Below, piece by piece: positions 10,504 through 20,010 of a stretch of 64,000 nt of DNA; within the stretch, counting starts at the first letter, position 1, and each line of letters opens with the position of its first letter. Position numbers and translations under genes: made by a program. Source of the DNA: Minisyncoccia bacterium (lineage in GTDB: Bacteria > Patescibacteriota > Minisyncoccia > Phycocordibacterales > UBA918). The stretch covers positions 4,142 to 68,141 of the forward strand of contig JBGSYZ010000017.1 of NCBI GenBank assembly GCA_041750655.1. The letters are read 5' to 3'. The notes under the pieces were generated by a model. That model was not told where the DNA came from and did no database searches. It was given only the letters and a program-made list of their open reading frames with translations.

Positions 10504-11490
10504 ATGTTAGCTAATCATTTACAACCAAATCTTCTACAAGAAGAACCGGAAATGGTCCCGAGTCGTAACGGGTACGGCGACGGGCTTAAAGAAGCGGGTG
10601 AAAAAAATCGGAACATCGTGGCCTTATCTGCAGATCTCACGGAATCTACTCGGACACATATTTTTGCCGAAGCTTTTCCGGAACGGTTTATTCAAGTTGG
10701 TATTGCCGAGCAGAACATGGCCTCAGTCGCTTCTGGTATGGCGGCCATGGGCAAGATTCCGTTTGTAGCTTCATACGCGATGTTTTCACCGGGTAGAAGT
10801 TGGGAACAAGTTCGTACAACTATTGCCTACAATGATTCAAATGTAAAAATAATTGGTGCACACGCTGGTGTGTCGGTTGGTCCAGATGGAGCCACTCACC
10901 AAGCGCTTGAGGATATTGCACTGATGCGCGTGATTCCTAATATGGTAGTAATAGCGCCATGCGATGTACACGAAGCGCGACGGGCGACACTGGCAGCTGC
11001 AGAATATAACGGGCCAGTGTATATACGAGTCGGACGAGAAAAAACCCCAGTCGTTACTACCGTCGGTTCATCATTTGCTATCGGTAAAGCAGAGATCTTT
11101 ATGAAGAGAAACGAGGCTCATAATAAAAAGGTTGGCATCATTGTTACAGGGACACTAGTACATAATGCTCTGGTAGCCGCTGCCGAATTAAATGAAAAAG
11201 GTATTGGCGCTTCCGTTATGAATATGGCGACCATCAAGCCACTTGATACCGAAGCTCTGGAAAAATTTGCCGCCGAACATGATGTGTTGGTAACGGTTGA
11301 AGAACATCAAGTAGCTGGTGGGCTGGGTGGTGCGGTGTCTGAACATCTTTCTGAGGTGGCTCCAATCAGAATTGTGAAAGTAGGAGTACACGATCAGTTC
11401 GGGCAATCGGGCACAATGGATGAACTCAATGCTCATTATGGAATGGATGTGCCAGCGATTTTGAAAGCGGTGGATAAAGCTTTGGCTTAA
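10504..11490 (+). CDS. Transketolase, C-terminal subunit
   Basis: GIAEQN, GPDGATHQ, VEEH, GGLG. Confidence 0.95.
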   Translation: MLANHLQPNLLQEEPEMVPSRNGYGDGLKEAGEKNRNIVALSADLTESTRTHIFAEAFPERFIQVGIAEQNMASVASGMAAMGKIPFVASYAMFSPGRSWEQVRTTIAYNDSNVKIIGAHAGVSVGPDGATHQALEDIALMRVIPNMVVIAPCDVHEARRATLAAAEYNGPVYIRVGREKTPVVTTVGSSFAIGKAEIFMKRNEAHNKKVGIIVTGTLVHNALVAAAELNEKGIGASVMNMATIKPLDTEALEKFAAEHDVLVTVEEHQVAGGLGGAVSEHLSEVAPIRIVKVGVHDQFGQSGTMDELNAHYGMDVPAILKAVDKALA

Positions 11491-11501
11491 TTTAAAACAT
11501 T

Positions 11502-11540
11502 AATAAAAGAGGCGCGCCCTACGGGCGCGCCTCTTTTATT
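11502..11540. terminator. Bidirectional intrinsic terminator
   Basis: AATAAAAGAGGCGCGCC-ctacg-GGCGCGCCTCTTTTATT between convergent genes. Confidence 0.9.
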
Positions 11541-11550
11541 TTAAGTTTAA

Positions 11551-12558
11551 CTAAATCTTTTCTGGCTTGTAGAAATCAGGAGCCTCACTAAGGTACTTCT
11601 GCAATTCATCCATTTTTAGCAATCCTTTTTGGGCTCCAATGTATTGTACGACACTCATAGAATTAATTGGTCCCCACGACAAGGCTTCGGCTGGAGTTTT
11701 GCCAAGAGCGATAGCGGCGGTGAAAGTACTCGAGAAAGAATCACCTGCACCAGTACGATCGACTGGTGGCGCTGGGTCTGGGTACATAGGCATGTGCCAC
11801 GCTTGGTCATCATTATCAACCACATAAGCACCATTTGGTCCATCAGTAACTACTGGCATATTTGGGCCGAGACCTTTGAACTTACGAATTAGTGACGGCA
11901 CATTTTGGTCATCACTACCTAATATTTCTTGAGCCTCTTCTTTATTACAGAAAAATATTTCTGTGTTTTCGTACACTTCTTTGAGTTTCTCCGGGCCAAG
12001 CTTGATTTGGAAGGTTCCTGGTTGAAATACCAATTTAGTATCAGGGTTTTTCTTTACGTACTCAGATATGATGAAGTGATAATCAACCCCGTGTTCACCA
12101 ATTGAAGAGAAGTAGATGTAGCGTGGTGGCTCTGCAAAGTCTGGAAGAGTATACGGATACTGCTCATGTTTGATTAAGATGGTACGTTCTGGTCCATAAC
12201 GTAAAACATAGTGGTAGTTGGTAGTTTTACCTTCGTGAATTTTTACATAATCTGTATGTACTCCTTCTTGGCGTAAGGCATCCAGACAATCTTTGCCATT
12301 CCTATCATGACCAATGTTGGTCACTAAAGCGGTATTAAGGCCGAGACGGTGAGCAGACACTGCGGCGTTAGGTGAGTTACCAACGGCATTTACTACAGTT
12401 ACGTCTTTGTACGGCAACTTGCCGCCAAACGGCATATGAAGGGTTTTGCGACCAGTATCCATATCTTGTGATACGTCGGCCTGGTCTTTATCTAGTTCTA
12501 AAAAGGCGTCTATTACTATATCGCCTATGGCGACAAAATCGTGTTTTTCGGATGACAT
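11551..12558 (-). CDS. PfkB-family carbohydrate kinase
   Basis: IGDIVID, GNSPNAA, VTDGPNG, DRTGAGDSF; start moved to MSSEKH. Confidence 0.92.
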   Translation of the reverse strand: MSSEKHDFVAIGDIVIDAFLELDKDQADVSQDMDTGRKTLHMPFGGKLPYKDVTVVNAVGNSPNAAVSAHRLGLNTALVTNIGHDRNGKDCLDALRQEGVHTDYVKIHEGKTTNYHYVLRYGPERTILIKHEQYPYTLPDFAEPPRYIYFSSIGEHGVDYHFIISEYVKKNPDTKLVFQPGTFQIKLGPEKLKEVYENTEIFFCNKEEAQEILGSDDQNVPSLIRKFKGLGPNMPVVTDGPNGAYVVDNDDQAWHMPMYPDPAPPVDRTGAGDSFSSTFTAAIALGKTPAEALSWGPINSMSVVQYIGAQKGLLKMDELQKYLSEAPDFYKPEKI

Positions 12559-12632
12559 ATGCTCACAGTATACCAGCCATGACAACCTAGTAAGTATGAT
12601 AATGTGTAGAGAAACAAATAAGTAGAAAATAT

Positions 12633-13499
12633 ATGAAGACACTTCGAGAAACGTTAAGGGAGGCAGAAGAACAGAAAGTGGCGGTCGGTCATTTTAATGT
12701 ATCAGACTCAACTCAACTGTGGGGGATTTTTCACGCTGCTCAAACATTAAACCTACCAGTTATTATCGGTACCTCAGAGGGCGAGCGTGATTTTGTCGGC
12801 CCAAAGCAATTGATCGCGATGGTGCGTAGTATACGTGAAGAATACAACCATCCTATTTATACGAATGCTGACCATACGTACTCATTAGAGCGTGTGAAAG
12901 AAGCAATTGATGCTGGTTATGATGCGGTCATTTATGATGGTAATAAAGTGTCTCATGAAGAAAACGTGTCTATCACCAAAGAATGTGTAGCGTATGCTCG
13001 AAGTCAGGAACGTGATGTGTTGGTGGAAGCTGAACTCGGTAATATTGGTATGTCGTCAAAATTACTGGATGGAATTCCAGAAGGAGCTGAAATAACCGAT
13101 GAGATGTTGACACTACCTGAAGATTTAAAACAGTTTGTCGAGAATACTGGGGTGGATTTGATTGCGCCGGCTGTTGGCAATCTACACGGCATGCTCAAAG
13201 GTGGTGCAAATCCACGTCTCAACATTGAACGTATTAAAGAGTTACGGGAAGCCGGTGGTATTCCGATGGTGCTTCATGGGGGGTCTGGTATTTCTGATGA
13301 TGATTTTACTGCGGCCATTGATGCTGGTATTGCCTGCGTTCATATCAATACAGAAATTCGGGTGGCGTATCGTGATGGTATAAAGCAATATATAGATGAA
13401 AATCCAGATGAAATTTCTCCATACCGGTACCTCAAAGCCGGCCGAGACACACTCCAAGAAGTAGTAGAAAACCGTTTAAGATTGTTCAATAGACTGTAA
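12633..13499 (+). CDS. fba: Class II fructose-bisphosphate aldolase
   Basis: ADH, VEAELG, GNLHG, VLHGGSG, INTE. Confidence 0.93.
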   Translation: MKTLRETLREAEEQKVAVGHFNVSDSTQLWGIFHAAQTLNLPVIIGTSEGERDFVGPKQLIAMVRSIREEYNHPIYTNADHTYSLERVKEAIDAGYDAVIYDGNKVSHEENVSITKECVAYARSQERDVLVEAELGNIGMSSKLLDGIPEGAEITDEMLTLPEDLKQFVENTGVDLIAPAVGNLHGMLKGGANPRLNIERIKELREAGGIPMVLHGGSGISDDDFTAAIDAGIACVHINTEIRVAYRDGIKQYIDENPDEISPYRYLKAGRDTLQEVVENRLRLFNRL

Positions 13500-13515
13500 T
13501 CAAACAAATAGCATC

Positions 13516-13543
13516 TTGCGAAAGAGCCTGTTTATGGTATGGT
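13516..13543 (+). promoter_or_regulatory. sigma70-like promoter of rplY
   Basis: TTGCGA-16 bp-TATGGT with TG extension. Confidence 0.55.
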
Positions 13544-13568
13544 AGTCGCCGTAACAAACACTTAATAT

Positions 13569-14219
13569 ATGACAATTACTTTAACTGTAGAAAAACGTGG
13601 AGATAAAGCTGAATCAGCTGATGCTCTACGAAATAAAGGTATATTGCCGGGCGTTGTGTACGGCCCAAAGCAAGAAGCCACCCCATTAGCTATCGATAAA
13701 AAAGACTTCGAAAAAGTACTCAAAGAAGCTGGTGAATCAACCATCGTTTCGTTAGAAGGCCTCGGTGCTCCTACGGAAGTACTCATTCATGATGTAGCAT
13801 TTGATGCACATAAAGGAGGGGTAACTCATGTAGACTTTTATGCTATTGAGCGTGGTAAGGAACTTACAGTGGACGTACCACTAGAATTTATCGGGGAAGC
13901 TCCGGTTGAAAAAACAGGCGCTACTGCTAACAAGGTGCTTCATGAAATTGAAGTGACTTGTCGGCCAAGTAATCTGCCGTCTCATATTGACGTAGATATT
14001 TCAGTGCTGGTTGATGAAGAATCAGTAATTCATGTAAAAGACCTTATCGTCCCAGAAGGTGTTACGGTAGAAAACGATCCTGAGGACGTGGTAGTAAATG
14101 TCTCTGCTGCACGAGAGGAAGAACCTGAAGAAGTGGCGGAGGTAGATATGGACGCTATTGAGGTTGAACAGAAAGGTAAGGACGAAGATGGTGGTTCTGA
14201 AGAAGATAAAAAAGAATAG
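13569..14219 (+). CDS. rplY: 50S ribosomal protein L25 (Ctc type)
   Basis: LPGVVYG, HVDF, acidic C-terminal tail. Confidence 0.95.
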   Translation: MTITLTVEKRGDKAESADALRNKGILPGVVYGPKQEATPLAIDKKDFEKVLKEAGESTIVSLEGLGAPTEVLIHDVAFDAHKGGVTHVDFYAIERGKELTVDVPLEFIGEAPVEKTGATANKVLHEIEVTCRPSNLPSHIDVDISVLVDEESVIHVKDLIVPEGVTVENDPEDVVVNVSAAREEEPEEVAEVDMDAIEVEQKGKDEDGGSEEDKKE

Positions 14220-14239
14220 TTAAATAAAAGGATATTTTC

Positions 14240-14270
14240 AAACGAGGCGACAACACAGGTCGCCTCGTTT
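14240..14270 (+). terminator. Intrinsic terminator after rplY
   Basis: AAACGAGGCGAC-loop-GTCGCCTCGTTT. Confidence 0.8.
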
Positions 14271-14314
14271 CGTTTATTGGGTAAGATTGATATACTAAGG
14301 TCGTCATAACATAT

Positions 14315-15652
14315 ATGCGGAGTTTTATTTCAGGTTTTTTTATATTGCTATTTTTAGCTATTCCCGTTACATCGGTGTTTGCTCAAGAATCAAAAGAGGC
14401 ACGCCGTGCTCGACTGGAGGCTGAGCTTCAAGTGGTAGAGAGACAGATTCTCAAGCAGCAGGTTTTGGTAGAAGACAAACGTGAAGAACGTCAGTCATTG
14501 GAACGTGATGTGACCATTCTCGATGGGCAAATCACAAAAGCACAATTGGCAATCCAAGCACGCTCACTAGCCATTACCCAGCTTAGCGATCAGATTGGTG
14601 AAAAAGAAGTGGTGATTGATATTCTTGAAGAGCGCTTGGACAAACAACGACAATCGTTAGCTGAGCTAGTGCGAAAGACCAATGAGGTAGATGATTTTTC
14701 TTTGATTGAAGTACTTTTGAGCAATCAAAGTTTCTCCGATTTCTTTAATGATATGGAGAGTTTCCAAGACTTAAAGTCTTCACTCAACAGTTCTCTTAAC
14801 GCACTCGAAGAAATTAAAGTAGATACTGAAGGACAAAAGCAAGCCTTGGCCGTTAAACAATCTACTGAAGAAGAGTTGCGACAACTTCAAGAATTAGAAA
14901 AAAAAGAAATTGAAGCTCGGGAAAAAGAAAAAGCCCAGATCCTTAATGTCACTAAAGGTGAGGAGGCTGAGTACCAAAAGCTACTCTTGGCCCAGCAAAA
15001 AACTGCTTCGCAAATTCGCCAACAACTCTTTGAGCTTCGTGACTCTGGCTCAATTCCGTTTGGGCAAGCTTACGAACTCGCTAAAGTGGCTGGAGCTCGT
15101 ACCGGAGTGCGTCCAGCTCTCATCATGGGTATCTTGACCCAAGAGACCAAGCTTGGAGAAAACCTTGGTGTACCCGGTGTGTGGACTACCGACATGCATC
15201 CGGATCGTGACCAACCAATCTTCTCTGTCATTGCCGCGACAGTTGGTTTTGATCCAAACGCAGTACCAGTTTCCAGAGCGCCAGGCTATGGTTGGGGAGG
15301 TGCGATGGGTCCTTCACAGTTTATTCCTTCTACCTGGGCGATTTATGGTGGGTATGTAAAGAACGGTTCTGGTCAATGGGTGTATGATGCCAATCAAGAT
15401 ATTATTCGGGCGATGTTGGGTAAAAGCAGTCCGTCTAATCCTTATGATAATCAAGACGCTTTCTTGGCGACTGCTCTATTGATGCGAGACAACGGTGCCG
15501 CAGCCGGTACGTACTACGCTGAGCGGTTGGCCGCTTTGCGTTACTTTGCCGGTTGGGGGAATGCCGAAAATCCTTCCTATGCCTTTTACGGTGATGGGGT
15601 AATGGGGCATACTGAGCGGATTCAACAAGAGATTAATATTATCAATAGCTAA
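14315..15652 (+). CDS. Secreted coiled-coil protein with C-terminal lytic transglycosylase (MltB/SLT-like) domain
   Basis: Signal peptide, long heptad region, ILTQET catalytic Glu, GAMGPSQFIPSTW, NPYDNQDA. Confidence 0.85.
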   Translation: MRSFISGFFILLFLAIPVTSVFAQESKEARRARLEAELQVVERQILKQQVLVEDKREERQSLERDVTILDGQITKAQLAIQARSLAITQLSDQIGEKEVVIDILEERLDKQRQSLAELVRKTNEVDDFSLIEVLLSNQSFSDFFNDMESFQDLKSSLNSSLNALEEIKVDTEGQKQALAVKQSTEEELRQLQELEKKEIEAREKEKAQILNVTKGEEAEYQKLLLAQQKTASQIRQQLFELRDSGSIPFGQAYELAKVAGARTGVRPALIMGILTQETKLGENLGVPGVWTTDMHPDRDQPIFSVIAATVGFDPNAVPVSRAPGYGWGGAMGPSQFIPSTWAIYGGYVKNGSGQWVYDANQDIIRAMLGKSSPSNPYDNQDAFLATALLMRDNGAAAGTYYAERLAALRYFAGWGNAENPSYAFYGDGVMGHTERIQQEINIINS

Positions 15653-15691
15653 CACAATTTGAGCTGGCTCGTTTCAAGCAATAAGCTTTCC

Positions 15692-15719
15692 TTGCCAATA
15701 TGCTAAGTTTTGGTATAGT
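15692..15719 (+). promoter_or_regulatory. sigma70-like promoter of rpmE
   Basis: TTGCCA-16 bp-TATAGT with TG extension. Confidence 0.65.
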
Positions 15720-15764
15720 GTGGCCCAATAAAAGGTCGCTGACTAAATGTGACTGAATATACAT

Positions 15765-16037
15765 ATGAAAACTGATATACACCCAGATAACTATCGAATG
15801 GTCATCTTCCACGACAACTCGTGTGGAGAGCGTTTTTTGATTGGTTCTACAATTGAATCAAAAGAAACTGACAAGTGGACAGACGGAAAAGAATACCCAC
15901 TAGTGACTATGGATGTTTCGAGCGCTTCACACCCATTTTATACTGGACTCGAAAAGGTGATGGATACAGCTGGACGAGTAGAGAAGTTCAAGGCTCGTAC
16001 TGCTGCAGCCGGAGACCGACGAAAGAAGAAATCATAA
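15765..16037 (+). CDS. rpmE: 50S ribosomal protein L31 type B
   Basis: [26 protein letters not shown]; no CxxC pairs. Confidence 0.95.
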   Translation: MKTDIHPDNYRMVIFHDNSCGERFLIGSTIESKETDKWTDGKEYPLVTMDVSSASHPFYTGLEKVMDTAGRVEKFKARTAAAGDRRKKKS

Positions 16038-16140
16038 ACTCACCTCATCTGCTGGTCGCATAGAGGAAAATTTTCTTCACCGTATAACAAATACGACTCA
16101 TCAAATTTGCCTCTTGCTTCGCGCATCTGAGGCAATTTTA
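16035..16140. repeat. Long imperfect palindrome bounded by TA (MITE/ERIC-like family, copy 1)
   Basis: CCTCA/TGAGG, AGAGG/CCTCT, AAATTT/AAATTT, CGTAT/ATACG nested arms. Confidence 0.65.
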
Positions 16141-16197
16141 TAATTTCTTTAACTTCGCACTTTTAAATTGTATATAGTATATTGCTATCACTTACCC

Positions 16198-17172
16198 ATG
16201 GAACACTCAGAAGAAAAACTACAAGAATTTCGCGACAATCAAAAGACGCAGTTTTTGATGACACAGTATGAAGACATGGCAGTCAAGCTTGAGGAAGCTA
16301 AATTAATGCTCAATGATGCAGGTATGGCGGAATTAGCCAAAGCTGAAGTGGCTGAGATTCAAACCATGCTCGATAATCAGTATGAAGAAATGGACAGAAT
16401 TATTGAATCTTCTAAAGAAGAGGAAGCCAAACCTTACGGGGTCACACTGGAAGTCCGGGCAGGAGCGGGCGGTGATGAAGCAGCGTTGTTTGCCGAAGAA
16501 CTAGCCAACATGTATTTAAAATACGCTGAAGTAAAAGGCTGGCAAACGAGTCGTAATCATGTCTCCAACGCTCCAGTTGGTGGGTATAAAGAAGGTAGTT
16601 TTGAAATACTTGGTCCTGGCGTATACGATGCTCTGCGTTACGAAACTGGTGTGCACCGAGTGCAACGAATTCCGGCCACTGAGAAGCAGGGCCGGATTCA
16701 TACCTCGACTGCTTCAGTCGCTATCTTACCGATGCGAAAAAAACCCAAGATTGAAATTAATATGGGTGATATTGATATGGAGTTTTCACGAGCCGGCGGG
16801 GCTGGTGGGCAAAATGTGAATAAAGTAGAAAGCGCCGTGCGGGTGGTGCATCGTCCGACTGGTATTGATGTGCGCTGCGAAACCGATCGTTCTCAGCTTA
16901 AGAACCGTATCAAGGCCATGGAGCTGCTGACCGCCAAACTAGAGGCACTGCACGATGAAGAAGAAGCTCGTAAACACGCGGCTGTACGAAAGGATCAAAT
17001 CGGAACTGGTGACCGTTCAGAAAAAATCCGTACCTACAACTTTCCGCAGAACCGGATTACCGACCACCGTATCAAGGAAACGTGGCACACTATTGACGCT
17101 ACCCTCGGTGGAGCTCTCGACCCTATAGTAGAAGCGATGCAAAATGCCGCCAGTGAAGGTGTTGCGGAATAA
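16198..17172 (+). CDS. prfA: Peptide chain release factor 1
   Basis: PAT recognition loop, [13 protein letters not shown]; start moved to MEHSEE. Confidence 0.96.
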   Translation: MEHSEEKLQEFRDNQKTQFLMTQYEDMAVKLEEAKLMLNDAGMAELAKAEVAEIQTMLDNQYEEMDRIIESSKEEEAKPYGVTLEVRAGAGGDEAALFAEELANMYLKYAEVKGWQTSRNHVSNAPVGGYKEGSFEILGPGVYDALRYETGVHRVQRIPATEKQGRIHTSTASVAILPMRKKPKIEINMGDIDMEFSRAGGAGGQNVNKVESAVRVVHRPTGIDVRCETDRSQLKNRIKAMELLTAKLEALHDEEEARKHAAVRKDQIGTGDRSEKIRTYNFPQNRITDHRIKETWHTIDATLGGALDPIVEAMQNAASEGVAE

Positions 17173-17233
17173 GTACCTGTGTGGTAATATCTGGCCACTT
17201 TAAAGCCCTGGTGGCATTTTTTGTTATAAATAC

Positions 17234-17998
17234 ATGGAAGAAAAAACAACAACCAATCAACCCCTAATCGAACGCCTGTTTGCGGCTGGTTCTCATTTTG
17301 GTTTCCAAAAGAGCCGTCGTCATCCAACCGTCGTACCGTACATCTTTGGTGCAAAGCATGGTACTGATATTTTTGATCTAGAAAAAACTTCAGTTCTTCT
17401 CGAAACTGCAAAAGAAGTTATGAAGAAAGCTGGTAGTGAAGGCAAGACTGTGCTTTTTGTAGGTACTAAAGACGAAGCGACAGCGGTCGTTAAAGAAATG
17501 GCTGAAAAAGCAGAAATGCCAATGGTAGTCAATCGTTGGATTGGCGGCATGCTCACTAACTTTGGTGAAATTAAGCGTCGCCTTAATCGTTTGGAAGATC
17601 TTATCTCACAAGGTGAGTCAGGTGAACTTGAACGAAAATATACCAAAAAAGAACGAGTACTTATTAAACGAGAGATGGAAAAGCTCATGTTTAACTTCGG
17701 CGGTATTCGTACGCTAAAGAAAATTCCAGATATGATGGTGGTGGTTGACCCACGACACGATAGTATCGCGGTGACTGAAGCTAAGGATGTAAAAATCCCA
17801 GTAGTCGGTATCATGAGCTCGGACACTAATCTTAAATCAGTACATGTACCAGTGGTGGTAAATGACGCTCTGCGCTCAAGCATTAAACTAGCTCTTAGTG
17901 AACTAGTAACCGCCTACCAAGAAGGCCGAGCCAGTTACACCCCAGCTCCGGTAGAAGATCGACGGACTCGACGTCCGCAACCACAAACACAACGATAG
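17234..17998 (+). CDS. rpsB: 30S ribosomal protein S2
   Basis: AGSHFG, LFVGTK, RWIGGMLTN. Confidence 0.97.
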   Translation: MEEKTTTNQPLIERLFAAGSHFGFQKSRRHPTVVPYIFGAKHGTDIFDLEKTSVLLETAKEVMKKAGSEGKTVLFVGTKDEATAVVKEMAEKAEMPMVVNRWIGGMLTNFGEIKRRLNRLEDLISQGESGELERKYTKKERVLIKREMEKLMFNFGGIRTLKKIPDMMVVVDPRHDSIAVTEAKDVKIPVVGIMSSDTNLKSVHVPVVVNDALRSSIKLALSELVTAYQEGRASYTPAPVEDRRTRRPQPQTQR

Positions 17999-18055
17999 TC
18001 TGTTACTCAGGCTTGGGTTTGTATTTATTTAATATAGTTATATTGTACTTTTAGT

Positions 18056-18640
18056 ATGGAAATTTCAACAACAGACATCAAAGCTTTGCGAGACCAAACT
18101 GGTATTTCAGTGATGCAATGCAAGAAGGCTCTGGAAGAAGCCGGTGGTGATATGGATAAAGCTGTCATCATTCTTAAAAAGAAGCGCAGTGAAGCAGCTG
18201 ACAAAAAGGCTGATCGAACGCTTGGGGCTGGTGCTGTTGGTGTGTACACACACAATACCAATGAAGTTGCCTCAATGGTGGTGTTGGCTTGTGAGACTGA
18301 TTTTGTGTCTAAGAACGAAGAATTTATTGCCTTAGCTCGTGATATCGCTATGCATGTAGCGGCGACTAATCCAAAGTATATTTCTCGCGAGGAAGTGGAC
18401 GAGACAGCTATTGCAAAAGCCAAGGAGGTATTTCAAACTGAAATTGCTGACAAGCCAGCTGAGATGCAAGCTAAGATTATGGAAGGTAAAATCAGCTCAT
18501 ACTTCAAGGAGCAGATTCTCTTGGAACAAGATTTTATTAAAAATCCTGAGCAAACTATTGCTGATTTGGTAAGTGGTGCGGTACAAAAATTCGGAGAGAA
18601 AGTTTCAATTGAAAAAATTGCTCGTTTGGCTGTAAAATAA
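18056..18640 (+). CDS. tsf: Elongation factor Ts (short form)
   Basis: LRDQTG..CKKAL, CETDFV. Confidence 0.96.
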   Translation: MEISTTDIKALRDQTGISVMQCKKALEEAGGDMDKAVIILKKKRSEAADKKADRTLGAGAVGVYTHNTNEVASMVVLACETDFVSKNEEFIALARDIAMHVAATNPKYISREEVDETAIAKAKEVFQTEIADKPAEMQAKIMEGKISSYFKEQILLEQDFIKNPEQTIADLVSGAVQKFGEKVSIEKIARLAVK

Positions 18641-18644
18641 TCCA

Positions 18645-19061
18645 ATGCCAGCACTTTGGGTAGTAGCTAGTTTTAGTGCCGTTGGGCTCGTGCTCTTGGT
18701 GGTTTTGTTTCGGGCCGAAGAAAAGAAAGGTCGTCGAATTGTACTGCGACGAGTACGGGCGGCTTTAGATTTGTTGATTTTGAAAATCCATGGTCTTTTC
18801 AGAAAATTGTGGGGGAAAGTAAATGGTAGTTTTGCTCGACAAAGTTTCCATTTCATTATTAATAGTTTTTTGAAATTACTAATAATGATTGTTCGCAGCA
18901 CAGAATCAGCTTTAAAGAAACTGCAGCGAACCAACCAACAGGTAGCACGCACGACTATTCCTAATGGAGATTCTCATCTGGGTGAAGTGCGGGAACACAC
19001 TTCAGCGTTTCGAATGTCTCCTGAAGAGAAGAGACAGAAGCGGAGAAAATTGCTTGAATAA
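18645..19061 (+). CDS. Hypothetical basic membrane-anchored protein
   Basis: N-terminal hydrophobic helix, directly follows tsf. Confidence 0.65.
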   Translation: MPALWVVASFSAVGLVLLVVLFRAEEKKGRRIVLRRVRAALDLLILKIHGLFRKLWGKVNGSFARQSFHFIINSFLKLLIMIVRSTESALKKLQRTNQQVARTTIPNGDSHLGEVREHTSAFRMSPEEKRQKRRKLLE

Positions 19062-19066
19062 TAAGG

Positions 19067-19095
19067 TTGCATTTATTCCTTTTTTTGGTCATAAT
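19067..19095 (+). promoter_or_regulatory. Promoter of the tRNA locus
   Basis: TTGCAT-17 bp-CATAAT. Confidence 0.7.
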
Positions 19096-19109
19096 ACCGC
19101 GACTTAATT

Positions 19110-19195
19110 GTCACCTTAGCTCAGCTGGTTAGAGTTGAAATGATTTGGGAAACCATTTCAAAGTTTTGTCTCAAAACCGTTGTAGATAAAGTGAC
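19110..19195 (+). other. tRNA-like duplicate: 5' 25 nt of tRNA-Thr followed by alternative hairpins
   Basis: GTCACCTTAGCTCAGCTGGTTAGAG differs at one position from the tRNA 5' end; 3' AAGTGAC closes an acceptor-like stem. Confidence 0.6.
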
Positions 19196-19224
19196 ATGAG
19201 TCATGAAATTAAATAAAGTAGGAC

Positions 19225-19298
19225 GCCACCTTAGCTCAGCTGGTTAGAGCAACGGTTTTGTAAACCGTAGGTCCTCGGTTCGAATCCGAGAGGTGGCT
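19225..19298 (+). tRNA. tRNA-Thr (TGT)
   Basis: Cloverleaf GCCACCT/AGGTGGC, D arm GCTC/GAGC, anticodon stem ACGGT/ACCGT with TGT, T loop TTCGAAT; CCA not encoded. Confidence 0.97.
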
Positions 19299-19304
19299 CA
19301 GGGT

Positions 19305-19332
19305 AAAAAGAACAGCATAAGCTGTTCTTTTT
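19305..19332 (+). terminator. Terminator after tRNA-Thr
   Basis: AAAAAGAACAGC-ataa-GCTGTTCTTTTT. Confidence 0.8.
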
Positions 19333-19343
19333 AGTTTCTGGCC

Positions 19344-19620
19344 TGCGCCAGAAACGTGCCCTGAGCCAGGGCGCAGTCATGTCGCACGGAGCGAAGCGAG
19401 TACGACAGACGAGCCGGGGTCGCGAGTACTTACTAGAATTGGAGCTTTGCGAATAATTATAGTTAGTAACTCGTGACGCTCAGGCTTTCTAGTATAAGAC
19501 TTGCGCCAGAAACGTGCCCTGAGCCAAGGCGGAGCGATGCCGGAGGCAAGCGAGCCGAAGTCGCGGATACTTAATAAAATTAGAGTAAACGAATAATTAT
19601 ATTTAGTAATCTGTGACGCT
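19344..19620. repeat. Two tandem structured repeats (19344-19480 and 19502-19620)
   Basis: Both begin TGCGCCAGAAACGTGCCCTGAGCCA and end GTGACGCT, with shared GAATAATTATA and covarying stem. Confidence 0.85.
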
Positions 19621-19630
19621 AAGCAAATAC

Positions 19631-19659
19631 TTGCAATTACGTTATTTCTTTGGTAATTT
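19631..19659 (+). promoter_or_regulatory. Promoter of large ncRNA
   Basis: TTGCAA-17 bp-TAATTT with TG extension. Confidence 0.65.
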
Positions 19660-19666
19660 AGGAATT

Positions 19667-19973
19667 GGAAGTTCTTCGAACGGTTCTGTTTAAGCAGGCT
19701 AAGAGGGATAATAACCCGGACTGATAGCTAAGACCAGTCACACACACCATGCAGTGCACTAAAGCATGGGTGTAATCGTGAGGCCATTAGGCCATTTCTG
19801 TGGTTGGATACACGAGTCGAAGCTTCGGGTGCGTGTCTTACATGCGTGACGCAAAGCGCATGATGTGAATACGGATGATTGCTTGCAAGACATCTGTACT
19901 ACCTAAGGTGATTAAGAAAGCACGCGGCTTTCGAGGTTGCACTAGAAGACATTAGCGCGATAGGGGTTCTTCC
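19667..19973 (+). ncRNA. Large structured non-coding RNA of unknown family (about 310 nt)
   Basis: Own promoter and terminator, no ORF, GGAAG/CTTCC closing stem, many hairpins, two possible pseudoknots. Confidence 0.75.
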
Positions 19974-19975
19974 AC

Positions 19976-20010
19976 GCCCAGCAACTTCGGTTGCTGGGCT
20001 TTTCTTTTTT
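19976..20010 (+). terminator. Intrinsic terminator of the ncRNA
   Basis: GCCCAGCAAC-TTCG-GTTGCTGGGC followed by T tract. Confidence 0.92.

Noticed and set aside
19110-19298. Intron-containing or split tRNA
   Set aside because: The downstream tRNA-Thr is complete on its own; the upstream copy is a duplicate 5' segment
19344-19620. CRISPR array
   Set aside because: Only two long degenerate units, no unique spacers, no cas genes
19667-19973. RNase P RNA, tmRNA or SRP RNA
   Set aside because: Their diagnostic motifs were not found by eye on either strand
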